Positions 14,339 to 25,878 of a stretch of DNA of 64,000 nt are shown here, in pieces (position 1 is the stretch's first letter; the number at the start of each line of letters is the position of its first letter). The notes under the pieces were generated by a model, which searched no databases, was not told the origin of the DNA, and saw nothing but the letters and a program-made list of their open reading frames with translations. The position numbers and the translations under genes are program-made. The stretch comes from Monocercomonoides exilis PA203 (Eukaryota > Protista > Preaxostyla), in assembly GCA_001643675.2 (NCBI GenBank), contig LSRY02000021.1, forward strand, positions 620,001-684,000. Direction: 5' to 3'.

Positions 14339-14983
14339 AATGAATGCTGTGCATTGAAGTGCTAAAGTACTAGCTTGTGAAAATGGTTGCATGTAACGAA
14401 AATATTTAATAGTTTCAAGGTGAATTCGGAACATACGATAAAGAATGATCAAACAAAGCATTCTTCAACAAAGGAAATGATGAATCATTCAGCTTTTTAA
14501 AGAAAAAATTAAGTATTTAATCAAAATTTAATTATTGGACTTGAGAATCTTTGCAGAAATTATGACACAAGTTTATCTTGAAAGGTTTTGCTTGATATAA
14601 CAAGTGGCCGATGTTTGATATTTTTAGCTATGCATTTCAAATCAACATTTCAAACTATTTACAAAGAAAACATTCGTATTTAATGAAAATATAAATAAAA
14701 GAGATTGTTTTTCTCTATCAGCAAATGAAATTTTAAAAGAGTCAATATTTTTAAAGTGCAACAGTTAAATTTTCTTTGTCATTTTATTGAAATGTGCAAC
14801 GAAAAGGAGCAAGCAGTCAACATCAAAACGAATGAATAAGTCAACAACATACGAAATCAATTGAAATGATATTTGTTCGAATTTATTAATAAACTTAAAA
14901 AAAATACTCCATGCAATTCTAATTCAATTTATCTTTTGTTAAAAAAAAATGTTTCATTTCTTTTCTCTAATTTACACAGCAAA

Positions 14984-17322
14984 TTATCCATATCTCCATG
15001 CCAGCCCTCTGTTCTGCTGTTCCACTTGCGGTTTCCTTTCCGCAGTCGCTGCCTCGTCCCATTCCTTGATTTGCTCTTTGTTTCCACCAAACTCCTCCAA
15101 AAACGCCAGCCAGTTCGGAATATTCCGCTTGTCGTCAAACTGGATCGGGTTCTGCTTGTCTCCTGCGGGGAAAAGCAGGAACGTGGGGTAGCCCTCAATC
15201 ACAAACTGCGGTGGGGGATCGTCTGTCGTTAAATCAATCGCACACAGAAGCACCGGCGGTCGCTGACGCAGGATCTGAGTGTAACGTGCTGACAGCGAGT
15301 CCGAGTCTGAGTCCTGCGCCTGGTCTTCGGCCGTTCTCTGAGTAAAATGCTGCCCCAGCTTTTCGAACTCGGGCTTCGCCTGCTTGCAGTGGCTGCACCA
15401 GTTCACGTGGAACATCACAAACACATCCTGTTCTGGCCCTCTTTTCCCTTCGCTGCCAAACACAATGTCGTTGAATGTGTCGCCTGTCAGCACAACAACA
15501 TGCATCTGCTCGCCATCTGATCGCACAGGTGGATTGACAATCGGCGCCTTTGTGGACCGGATCGTCGGCTCAAGCTGCCCTGCAAAGAATTCGCTGAGGA
15601 AGTGCAGCACATCTCCCACAGTGACATCCGCTGGTGGGGTTGTCCCTTGAGAATATACCTCAAACTGCTCCTCCTGCGCTTTCCGGTGCATTTCTCTCTG
15701 ATTGAACCCAGGGTCAACAGCTGCTCTTTCTTCTGCCAAGGCAGCTCTGACATTCATCCACTCTTTGTTGCCTTCTTCCAGGCAAAACCGCTCGCGCTCC
15801 TCGTTTTCTATAGCAACTGCTGGGAATGAATCTCCAGTTAGCGAAAGTGACGAGGCCAGGCGGAAGAACAGCGAAGAGTCCAACAAAGTGAACAGCGCTC
15901 TTCCGCGGAGTGACATCGCAAGCGGCAGCAACGACTTTCGGGTTAGTGGAGCTGACGAGTTGATTGGCCCAACATTTGAGCGGGATTGCTTAAAGACCTG
16001 CGTGTTGATGGGATATCTTGTGGGATCATTGGTATTTCCATTATTATTGTTACTGTTGCGTGCTCGCTCGCGCTGAATGGCTAGCTGCCGAAGATGCTGA
16101 CTAACTTCCTTATCTTGTTCTTTTTCTTCTGCATCGCCTCTTTTTTCTTCTTCTGTCTCTTCCCACGCTTCATCGTTCAGATCTGCAAAAACATACACCA
16201 CAGGGAGATCGCTCTTCGCGAAGTGATGCACATTTTTGACTGAAAGCTCTGCTAGCGGGGCAACCGAGCGTGTCTTGATCCATCCCTGAACGTGGTCAGA
16301 CACCCACTCAGGAGCATCCGGATGTGTTCGTGCTGATTTCCTGATGCGCGGGAAGTGCTCAACTGAGTGCTTGACAGTGGTTCGCCTTTGGCTGTGAAGG
16401 GAATGCTGGCTGTTGCGGTAGTTTGTGCGGGCAAATGCATCATCCTTAGAAATAAATGAAGATGGGTTTTCGGGAGGATAATCTTTTCTGTATAATACAA
16501 GCGAAGGACTTGTTGTTCGGTCGTTTGTAACTATTGCCAGAAACTTCATGTCTCCTTGCATCTTTTCAGCAACATCTTGATAGACTTCAAGCTCTATTTC
16601 GGAAAATTTTTGTATTTTCATCGGAAATTTTGAGATAAAATGTTTTTGAATCTCATTAAAATACAATATAAAAGCACGATCAAACCTTTAGAATCGTTAG
16701 CAGGAAATGTTCCAATAGCAACAAGATCATTGCTTTCAATAATTCCATCGGCTTCTTCTTCAGATGTTAAAAACTGGACCGCAGGTTGAAGGAATTCCTT
16801 CAGCCATGGAAGCATTGTATCGACTTTAGGAACCGATTCAAATTCCACTCTTTTTTTAGGGCTGTTGATAAATGAAATTTAAATCGAAAAGATCACAAAA
16901 ATAAACCACAAACGAAACATAAAAGAAAGTCGGATATCCAACAATGTCATTTGATTCGCAAAGTTCTTGGAAATTGTCACAATCAACTTCAACAAATGTT
17001 ATATTTTCATCCTTTAGTATTTCAGCGGTTTTTAAAAATTCTGGAAGCTGTAAAGAAACAATGATAAATATAATAAAAATCAAAAAATTTTACTAACAGA
17101 TTCTTTGCAGTGGGAACTAAATATCATATTAATAAATCTTTCGAAAATATATGAATGTTAGATTGCAAACCACCAAGATGTGGCAAATTTCACAAAGCAT
17201 GGACCAAGAGAAGTTATTTTTTCATAATCAGATTGCCGCTGGAGTTCAAAAACATTATCAGGTAGCACAGATGGAGATGCATATATGTGAAATGCAAAGA
17301 TTAAAATGGCAACACAATTCAT
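14984..17322 (-). CDS. Protein disulfide isomerase family protein (signal peptide, two WCSHC thioredoxin domains; 5 exons)
   Basis: ATG at 17322 with a hydrophobic leader. Spliced a-domain FVKFATSWCSHCKES...EVDCD..ELC...IVGYPTF and a'-domain FVMFHVNWCSHCK...IEGYPTFLLFP, with b/b'-like segments between them. Confidence 0.88.
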
Positions 17323-17515
17323 ATGATCTTTCAATTGACATGAAAGTTTTTTACTTTTGACGTTATTTCAATAATACTTGTGGGACATTTTTTCTTTGTG
17401 AAAAAAGAAGTTTCACATGAATGATCGCATGGGTACTTCTAAAAATTCATTTGATACTGAAGGATCAATTTTTCGCCGAAACAGTTGCATTATTAAATTT
17501 TAGCAAATTCTTTTG

Positions 17516-19075
17516 ATGGCTGAATTGGAAAATGCAAGGTATATCGATTTTTATATAGATGCCATGCGTTTCAAATGATTTTTTATGTTTCTTTTTGAAA
17601 TGAAATATTTTGTGCTCGTTCTGTTTTTTGAATTTTTAAACATATTAATTGATTAACAGTGGTTTCCAGATGACGCCAGAATTTATAAAGAAAAGAAAAG
17701 AATATTTTCGACATTGCGTAGAAGTTTATACATGGATCGTTCGTGAAAAGTATAAAGATGTAATAGAAGAAAAAACTCGGAAGGTTTGAATGAAAACTTT
17801 GTTTTTGAGAATTTTAAATCATAACAAAAGGAAAAAGCTAAAGAACCTGTTACAGAAAATAAAGAAACTAAAAAGCCTCCCACACGTCACTCTCAACGTA
17901 TTGCAAGTTTGAATCAAGCAAAAGCAATCCAAGAAGAAAATCCAGAGCCAATTCTTCCCCAGCCACTTCCGAAATATTCTCAAACAATACAGAAAAGGCT
18001 TCGCTCTAAATTTGCATCAGGAGTTCCGGTTAATATGCGTTTTATAGCTCGTGCAATTAAGGAATTAATGATGCTTCCGGGGATTGAACCATTTTGTGAA
18101 CCTGTTGATCCAATTTTAGCAGGTGCTCCTGATTACTTTAAGGTTATTGAAGAACCCCGAGATTTAGGAACAATCAAAAAGAAAATAGAAGATGGTGGCT
18201 ACAACAGCTGCGATGAAGTGAAGGCTGATGTTCAGCTTGTGTGGAATAATTCGCGGAAATACAATCCTGAGCCGCATATTCTCTATTTGAAAGCAAACGA
18301 ATTTGAGGCTAGCTGGAAAGAAAAACTGGAACAGCTTCCGCAATTTGTGAAAGAAAACAGAACAAGTCCAACGGAGGAAGAACTGTCAACTCTTTCGTCT
18401 AAGGATATTTCATTTATTAAAGTTCAAGTCAGCAGCCAGATGAGGCGAGTGCGGAAGCATTCGAACAAGCAAAAAAAGCAACGAGAAGACGGAGCGTGGG
18501 ACGAGGCAGAGGAGGAAGACAGCGACGAGGACTATGGTCCGTCGAAGCAAAGGAAGTATTTATCTGGGATGTCGCGTGGATATGGAGGAAGCGGGAGAGG
18601 TGTGAGAGAAGAAGGAAGCGGTGGAAGTGGACGAAGCGGGGAAGGAGGAAAAGAAGTTTCGGGAAAAGGAATGAGAGAAGAAGGAAGGGAAGAGAGAGAT
18701 TACGATCTGACTCTGCCAGGAGACGAAGAAGAATTGTCTTTTGACGAAGTGAAAGCTATTCGCGATCAGATTGAGCAGTTGGATGAGGAAGAAGTGGGTG
18801 GCTTTCTGGACATCATTCAAGCCAACGAGCTGAACGACGATCCTGAAAGAGATTCTGAGAACATTGAAATTGATCTTGAGAAGATGAGTTCGTTTACACT
18901 TCACAAAATACAAAGATATCTGTCACAGGTTAATGCAAGCAAAGCTAACAGATTTAGAGCAGAGGACGATGGACTTGGTCATTTTGGTGTTAAGCGAAGA
19001 GATATAAATGAAGAATTAGAAATGGCTATGGATTTTGCGGAAGAAGAGGACGACAACGATCTGGCAGAATCATAA
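17516..19075 (+). CDS. Bromodomain + extra-terminal (ET/NET) domain protein (BET/GTE-like); probable introns 17539-17659 and 17784-17830
   Basis: Bromodomain PFCEPVDP...APDYFKVIEEPRDLGTIKKK...YN...DVQLVWNNSRKYNP. ET domain LSFDEVKAIRDQIEQL...IEIDLEKMSSFTLHKIQRY. The 5' exons are inferred from in-frame GT-AG joins. Confidence 0.85.
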
Positions 19076-19267
19076 ATATGTTCTTTTGTTTATTCTGAAC
19101 TTTTAAGTTAACAATTAAAAAAAGAATTTTGAAAATATTTTTTAAGTCGTTATTTAAATTTCTAATTTTAAAATGAGAACTCAATGATGTTAGGAAAAAT
19201 AAAACACAACAAATGTCAGAAAAGATTAGTACGGTTCAGATCACAATTTCTTTGACTTTTTGGATAA

Positions 19268-21052
19268 ATGGCACAGCAAAAAGTTCAAACAGATTTGGAT
19301 AAGCTTCTCAAATCAAAAATATATTCTTCTTTTTTGGAAGAAAAATCGTCTTCATCTTCTCGCAGTAGTTCGCACTCATCAAGATCATCTCGCTCTGCTG
19401 GATGGGCAAGCGGAACTGGATATGGCTCAGGAAGTGGAACAGGAAGCTTCGCAGAAATAGATAAAAGGCAGGCTGAACTTCAAAAGGAAAGTGATCGCCA
19501 ATTTGAAGGATTAAATGCTCTTGTTGAATTTATTCAAACAATTCCACCATCAAAAAGAAAAGCCCTTGCAGAGGGTTTGGCTAAATCACAGCTTCCAAAA
19601 ATTCTGTGCACATTGCTTTCGGATGATTCATTTATGTCAATGTCACAAATGGCGCAGGTTTATTTTTCTGCATTTCAAATTATTGCGATGCTTAGCATCA
19701 ATGATGATTTGGCAAAAATAATATATCAACCAACTGCTTCAAGTACGCATACGATTTTCGAAAAATTTAAGCAAATGAAAGCTGCTGCTGATGTTTTTCT
19801 TGATCTTCACTCAACAACTTCAGGTGGAAGGGAAGGAGATGATGAAGAAAAACTAGCCTCTAAAGAAAATTCACTTTTACTAGCAGAGAAAATAAAAACT
19901 CTTTACGGTCATCTTGAAGAAGTGTATGAAGAACGATATAGCGAGGCTGCCCGTGGGCGAAGTCAAAGCAGTGCAGGTTCAGTAGAAGACCAATATCTTG
20001 AAAGGATGAGGCAGCTACAATTTGTGACAACATCTAACACGACATTGTTCCGTGGCAGACATGTATATGCAAACAAGTTAGTTGGTCAGACGATGATGCC
20101 AGACATGCGAAGAATAATGAATGAGCTGTCTTCACTTCATTCAACTCTGCCTCTTCAATGGGAATCTTCTGTTTTTGTGGTTGTTGACACTGCTTCATCG
20201 CAACTCGTTAAAGCAATGATTGTGGGTCCTCGAGATACTCCGTACGAGGCTGGTTTATTTGAATTTGATATGTTTGCTTGGTTTTTTCTCATTATCCTCT
20301 TCTTAATTGAACATTAATGAAATATTTTTTAATTCGTTGTGATTTTATTTTCTATTTATATTTTGCCAATAACTTCAACAGATTTTATCCTTCCAACTAT
20401 CCGCGAAGTCCTCCACTTGTGCAAATTGTGACTACTGGTGGTGGGACGGTTCGATTCAACCCGAATCTTTATTCAAACGGGAAAGTTTGCCTGTCTCTGC
20501 TTGGGACTTGGTCAGGTGATTCTGGCGAGTCGTGGAATCCAACGCATTCGACACTCATTCAGGTTCTGATCTCAATACAGGCATTGATCCTTGTCGATCA
20601 TCCATATTTCAATGAGCCTGGATATGAGAGTTCAATGGGAACTCCAGAGGGAGATAGGCAAAGCAAAATGTACAATACTGACGTTAGAAAGGTTTGGAAT
20701 AGTTTCTTATTCAATATTAATTGATGATCTATTCTTTAAATCTATTTTCAATGAATATTTTTTTTTTATTTCTGACATTTTAATTTTTTTAATTCAAAAT
20801 TTTTTATCTCACTGTTTTATCAAACAGAATTGTGTTAAGCTTGCGATGATTGATCAAATTGAGAAGGCCAAGGCAGGCAAAAGTGAATTCAGTGATGTGA
20901 TTATAACACACTTTGCTTTGCAGAAGGAAAGGGTGATGCGTGTTGTTGAGAGCTGGAAAAGAGACACTGGAATTGATGCTTCAGATATTGAGAAATTGCG
21001 AAATCTGCTGAACTCTCTCTCACTTCCCAGTTCTTCGTCGTCTTCTTCTTAA
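19268..21052 (+). CDS. BIRC6/UBE2Z-type ubiquitin-conjugating enzyme (E2); introns 20272-20381 and 20692-20827
   Basis: IVGPRDTPYEAGLFEFDIFYPSNYP..PP....TTGGGTVRFNPNLYSNGKVCLSLLGTW.G...ESWNP..STLIQVLISIQALIL...PYFNEPGYE, with the catalytic Cys intact. The upstream WASGTGYGSG motif resembles that of BIRC6. Confidence 0.9.
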
Positions 21053-21498
21053 TTGTTAAAAATTAAATGTTAAGACGTCTTGTTGTCTTTCGAATTTTTA
21101 ATGTCGGGGCGGTGAAGGAATTGAAGGAAAAGTAATTTGGATTTTTTTTATTTTTTTATTTTTAAATTCGTGTTGCCAACACTTGGAATTTGCCTTTTAA
21201 TGATACATTGTTTGAACAAGAAAAATGTATTATTTTAATTTTTATTTTTCATTTGTTTAATAAAGAAATTAAATATATAAAAACAAAAATTTGTAATCGA
21301 ACTGAAAAAACACTCCTCCGCTTTAAAAAAGCGAAAAACATAAATGTTAAGGAAATTAAACATCCTCAAATATATATGCAACAATTTAATAATACAAAAA
21401 ACACTCAAATTTGCTCAACACAACAAAGGTGGAGCAAAATAAAACTATTTACAACAAAGTAATCGTTTCAAAATTTTCAAAAAAAAAAAACTTTAAAA

Positions 21499-22329
21499 TT
21501 AAACATTTGCTAAACTCGCAGATATCGAGACAATCTCTTTCATGATGGAGTAAGTGTTAAACCCATCAATATTGCACGAATAATCAATAGCTCGCAAAAA
21601 TGTTTGCTCAGAATCATTTATCAAAGCAAGCGATATTCCTATTGCTTTTGACCACCAAAGGTTTGTTGGATGAATGTCGCGATTCAATTTCACGGATAGG
21701 AGAATGCTTGTTAATACCAGCGTTCCTAGATGATCTAATTCCAGTGAAATAACTCTTTTTGAATGCTTGTTTCTTGTTTGCATTTCGAGAATAACATGAA
21801 ACAGATATATTGCGTGAATAATCTCAAAAAAAGAACATCTTGCATATTTCTGACAAAATGCTAAAAGATCATAGATTTGAGATGTCATAACGATAATTTC
21901 ATTTGAATCAACGGTTTGTGAACAAATTTCTTCATGAGATCCATAATCTTTAATTTTTTCATTCTCAATTAACTTGTTCGAAACTTGTTGAAGAAAATAT
22001 GAAACGATATGGATTGCTGTTTGTTTTAGTGTTAATACTAAAGGGAACATATCGCCACAGAAATTATAATCCGATATATTTGTTGTAAGAAAATCCAAAT
22101 CAAGCTTTTTACTGAAAGAAGTCTCATCCATTTTGCTTTCAGAACAGCATTCCCTTTTCGGTGTAAATTTTGGTGCAAAGTCCAGCGTCACTTCTATCGA
22201 ATTCATATCAAATGGAGAGCATAAAGAAGTTTCAACTTTTGAGCTTTTAGTTAAAACCTCGTTATAACTTCTCTTCAACATTATCGATAATATTTTCAGA
22301 TCATCAAAAGTTAAAAACGGAATGGCCAT
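21499..22329 (-). CDS. Pho80/Pcl (cyclin P/U)-type cyclin
   Basis: Cyclin-box motifs IIHAIYLF...LVLTSILLSVKLNRD..PTNLWWSKAIGISL..IN.SE..FL..IDY. First ATG at 22329. Confidence 0.78.
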   Translation of the reverse strand: MAIPFLTFDDLKILSIMLKRSYNEVLTKSSKVETSLCSPFDMNSIEVTLDFAPKFTPKRECCSESKMDETSFSKKLDLDFLTTNISDYNFCGDMFPLVLTLKQTAIHIVSYFLQQVSNKLIENEKIKDYGSHEEICSQTVDSNEIIVMTSQIYDLLAFCQKYARCSFFEIIHAIYLFHVILEMQTRNKHSKRVISLELDHLGTLVLTSILLSVKLNRDIHPTNLWWSKAIGISLALINDSEQTFLRAIDYSCNIDGFNTYSIMKEIVSISASLANV

Positions 22330-22635
22330 TTGAAGTTTTGAATTGCTCTGAATTATATACAAACAAAATCATAATAATAGAAAAAGTTGCAAACTCTCTC
22401 TTGACCTTTCATGCAAAAAATTCTTTTTTAGAAAAAAATTTAAATAAATATAAAATTTTGTTTTAAAGATTTGAAAAAAGCGGTATTTTTTGGTTTTTTG
22501 AAATGAATGAAATAAAAAATAGTTAAATTTGAAAAAAGTTCGAAATCGTAACATCTCAAAATATTCGCTTGGATCCATTCAATCTCTTTGTTCATCCTTT
22601 TTCAATCATGAATGCCACCTGCATTTTCCTGATTT

Positions 22636-22902
22636 GGGGGAAAATATGGACTTTCAAGCTTTTTATGCACAAAGCATGAAAAAATAGTTTCACTTATAAC
22701 ATTTTAAAACTTACCCAGATTTTAAAAACAATTTGATTTTCATATCTGTTGACAAACATCATTGATATAAAACATTAAGTTTTGTGACATTCCATGAATG
22801 TCAAAAAATAAACCCATTTTTTTCAAATATTTTTGTTTCAAAAAGTTCATCGAAAATGCATAATTTTTCAATGAAAATACCTGAAATTAAATATTTTGTC
22901 CC
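22636..22902. mobile_element. 267-bp MITE-like element, family A, copy 1 (GGG...CCC, ~25-30 bp imperfect TIR)
   Basis: Diverged direct copy of 24805-25071 with identical length. Ends are GGGGGAAAATATGGACTTTCAAGC and ...CCTGAAATTAAATATTTTGTCCC. Flanked by ATTT on both sides. Confidence 0.7.
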
Positions 22903-22989
22903 ATTTGAAGAACATCTTCTTTGTTATTTCCTTTTCCATATTCATGATCATTTGTTGATATTAAATCTGAAGGTTTGAAATTGGTTTCT

Positions 22990-23690
22990 TTTCTCGCGTT
23001 TTCCTTGAACAATTGTTCTTTTTTTCGTTGAAGCAAAAATGAAGAAACAAAATCATCAGTGAACTTTTCTTAAATTCCACAAGGAGGCGATGATCCTCTG
23101 ATATGAGATCAACCACTTTCCATTAAATTTATGCACCCCCTGTTCTGTATTTTTTATTTCATATTTATGATAGACGATTATATGTTCAAGACCTCTATCA
23201 TTCAAGGACATATTCACACCGCACTCATTGCTGTAAATCATTGTTTCTTTGTGAATATTGTCTTAAAAAATGAGAATCAGAGTCACGTTTTTATGTAAAA
23301 AATTTTTGAAAACAAAACATTTAACTATTTCATCATTTTCTTATCTTTCACCTTCACGAAAATCATATTCATATTGGTGATTCTATTTGAAAAGTCACAA
23401 ATGTTTAATTTGCTAATAAATCTCAAATTTCATATTTTACTCAAATTTCTGTTTCAGCTAACAAATCTCCTCAAGAATGTTTGAAATAGCATTATCACGA
23501 AATAGATTCCATTTTAGTGAAGTTTGATATTAGCTAACAAAATATTTTGGAAAAATATGAAATTTCAGATTTTATTGAAAAATAAACATTTGTGACTTTT
23601 CAAAAAGAATCACCCATATCTTCTTTTCCCCATTGTTGTTTTTTTCTCTCTTTAAATCTCCTCATTAATTTCTTCAACACATCCTTCTTT
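22990..23690 (-). pseudogene. Decayed Merlin/IS1595 (ISXO2-like) DDE transposase, interrupted by a foldback insertion at 23375-23615
   Basis: Reconstructed peptide: GCVEEINE..*R.K...GKRR..F..GER*...KCFVF...TLILIF*DNIHKETMIYSNEC...SLNDRGLEHIIVYHKYE....GVH/NLMESG*SHIR...DDFVSSFLLQRK. It is collinear with the Merlin consensus G.vVEIDE..RKy.rGr..wvFGgvER..cf...TL.piI...I.pgt.I.SD.w.aY..L...gy.H.tVnHs..f....GvHTn.iEs.W. Confidence 0.78.
23375..23615. mobile_element. 241-bp foldback MITE, family C, with ~85-90 bp TIRs and ATAT target-site duplication
   Basis: The left arm TGGTGATTCTATTTGAAAAGTCACAAATGTTTA... is the reverse complement of the right arm ...TAAACATTTGTGACTTTTCAAAAAGAATCACCC. ATAT lies at 23371-74 and 23616-19. 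Confidence 0.8.
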
Positions 23691-23954
23691 TCAAGATACA
23701 AACGTCACTCTTTTCATAAGAATACTAATAAAAAGCTTCAACAACATAATGCAAATAACTGTCAATGGTTATGTCTGCTCCAGTCATATATGAGTACTGA
23801 ACAATTCGATTTTCGAAATCAAAAGCGGAAAAGAAAAAAGAAAATTAAATTAATTTTTACATGATAAAAATTTAAAGATATAAACTTGAAGTGTGAAATA
23901 AATCATTTTTTATCTGTATATCCCTTGATTCATTTGTCTCATAAACGGTGGTTT

Positions 23955-24375
23955 ATTTCATGAGAGATAACAAGCGAAAAAAATACAGATTGTTCAAAAA
24001 ATTCAGGACAAGATCGATTTCTCAATGACTGTAATGGAAGAAATTTTGATAATTTTTCTCAAATGAATCATATATTTTCTAACTCTTAAGATATACCAGA
24101 CTTTCATTTTCGTCTCGACAAAATATTAAAAAAATAATTTTTGTTACAACGGTAAAACATAAAAACCTATTTCTTTGATAATTTAAACAAACATTTTTGT
24201 GGCATTTTGTTCACATGAAGATGAAAGTCCAGTATGCCAAAAGAGAAAGTGTCGTTTGGATATATAAAGAGGAAAATTACAAAAATTTCTTCCCTAGCAG
24301 TTATTGAGAAATCGATTTTGCAGGTATTTTTTTAATGATGTCTGATATTTTTCGCACAATCAATGCTATTTTTGG
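23955..24375. mobile_element. Degenerate copy of palindromic element family B
   Basis: Left arm CAGGACAAGATCGATTTCTCAATGACTG, right arm CAGTTATTGAGAAATCGATTTTGCAGGTATTTT and centre AAAACCTATTTCT all match the 44340-44769 element. Confidence 0.7.
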
Positions 24376-24395
24376 AATGCTGATAAATAAAAGGT

Positions 24396-24650
24396 GGGTG
24401 ATTATTGTTGTAATCATATATTTTTTATGTGTGTGTGCAATTTTCTCATTCATCACTATTTGCAATATAATCTAAAAAATTATACATGCTTTCCTATTAT
24501 TGTCTCTCAATAGCATGTTGTCACAGAAAGGAAGAGAGAAAGTTCATTCATGATTATTATTAACACATTTGATTGATAACAAAGTACATGCGACAAATTG
24601 TTTATTCGAAAATTTTGATTGGAAAAATATGAAATCAAAAAGAATCACAC
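24396..24650. mobile_element. Probable degenerate, internally deleted copy of family C
   Basis: Starts GGGTGATT, has a central AATAGCAT..TCAC.GAA and ends GGAAAAATATGAAAT/CAAAAAGAATCAC, as in 23375-23615 but with a deletion. Confidence 0.5.
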
Positions 24651-24804
24651 AGTTCTTTTGTTATCGCACAATATTTTTTCATACAAATAAAATTTTCAAT
24701 ATTATTATCCCATTAACTAATTTTAAAGATTGAAGCATGACAAAATTATTTGAAATATGCTTTGAAATCAATAAGAGTTCATTTATAAAAAAATTAGGAC
24801 ATTT

Positions 24805-25071
24805 GGGTGAAAATATGAACATTCAAGCTTTTTTTTCACAAGACATTGAAAAATGACTTCGCTCTGAACTTTTATTCGCTTTCTCAGATTTAGAAATAAA
24901 TTTAATTTTCATTACAGAAAACAGGCATCGTTGAAATTAAAATATGAAAATTTCTAACATTTCATGAATGTCAAAAAATGGACATATTTTTATTGTGTTT
25001 TTTGTTCTCAAAAAGTCAATGAAAAGTGCATAATTTTTCAATGAAAATGCTTGAAGTGAACTATTTTGCCC
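24805..25071. mobile_element. 267-bp MITE-like element, family A, copy 2
   Basis: GGGTGAAAATATGAACATTCAAGC...GCTTGAAGTGAACTATTTTGCCC. Shares the blocks CATGAATGTCAAAAAAT and TGCATAATTTTTCAATGAAAAT with copy 1. Confidence 0.7.
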
Positions 25072-25878
25072 TGCATTTTCAAACAGAAAAATGAAAGAAA
25101 AAATAAAATACCATTCACTATAAAATGGAAAAAAATTTCTTTTTTCGAGGAAATAAAAGCTCATTAATAACTGAAGAACATCTTTGAGTTCATATAATCT
25201 AATTCTCACACATGCTTCATATTTGAAAACACTGAATCTGATGAATCAAATGTTGTAGACAAAAACGTTAACAGAATAATTGAAAATTGAATAAAAGTTA
25301 ATAAACATGACATTTTGATTTCTATTTTCATATTCATGGTTTGAAACAATACAATTTTTTATTCAGTGGAATTTTTATAAAAAAGGCATTCATTGAAATT
25401 GAGAATAATCTATCATCGAAAATGTATTTTTCAATAAATTGTGATTTCAAAAAAATTTTCGCTGTGCTTTTAAAATTGGTGATTATAAAAAAATGCAAGA
25501 ATTCATAAATATTAGTCAAATAATAAATAATACGAAAATGCTATCACGAAAAGAATAACTATTCAAAAAATATTCAATCATATTTCAACACTAAAAAAGC
25601 AACTCTACAAATAATCGCGATGAAGAAACATAAATTTGTTTTGAAATCAAATGATAAACAATGAACAATGTTTTGATAAAGACCTTTTCTTACCAAAAAG
25701 TTCAATGACCTTTTCAAAATTTAATGTTATAATTTTAAATGAATACAAAATCTTTTGAATAAATTGCTCCGATATCTGTTGAATTTTCTTCAAATAGTAG
25801 CCAAATGATACATTACATGAAATTGCAATCATTTTATTCAACAGCAAAAAGTTGGATAAGAATCAATGCAATCTTTTT

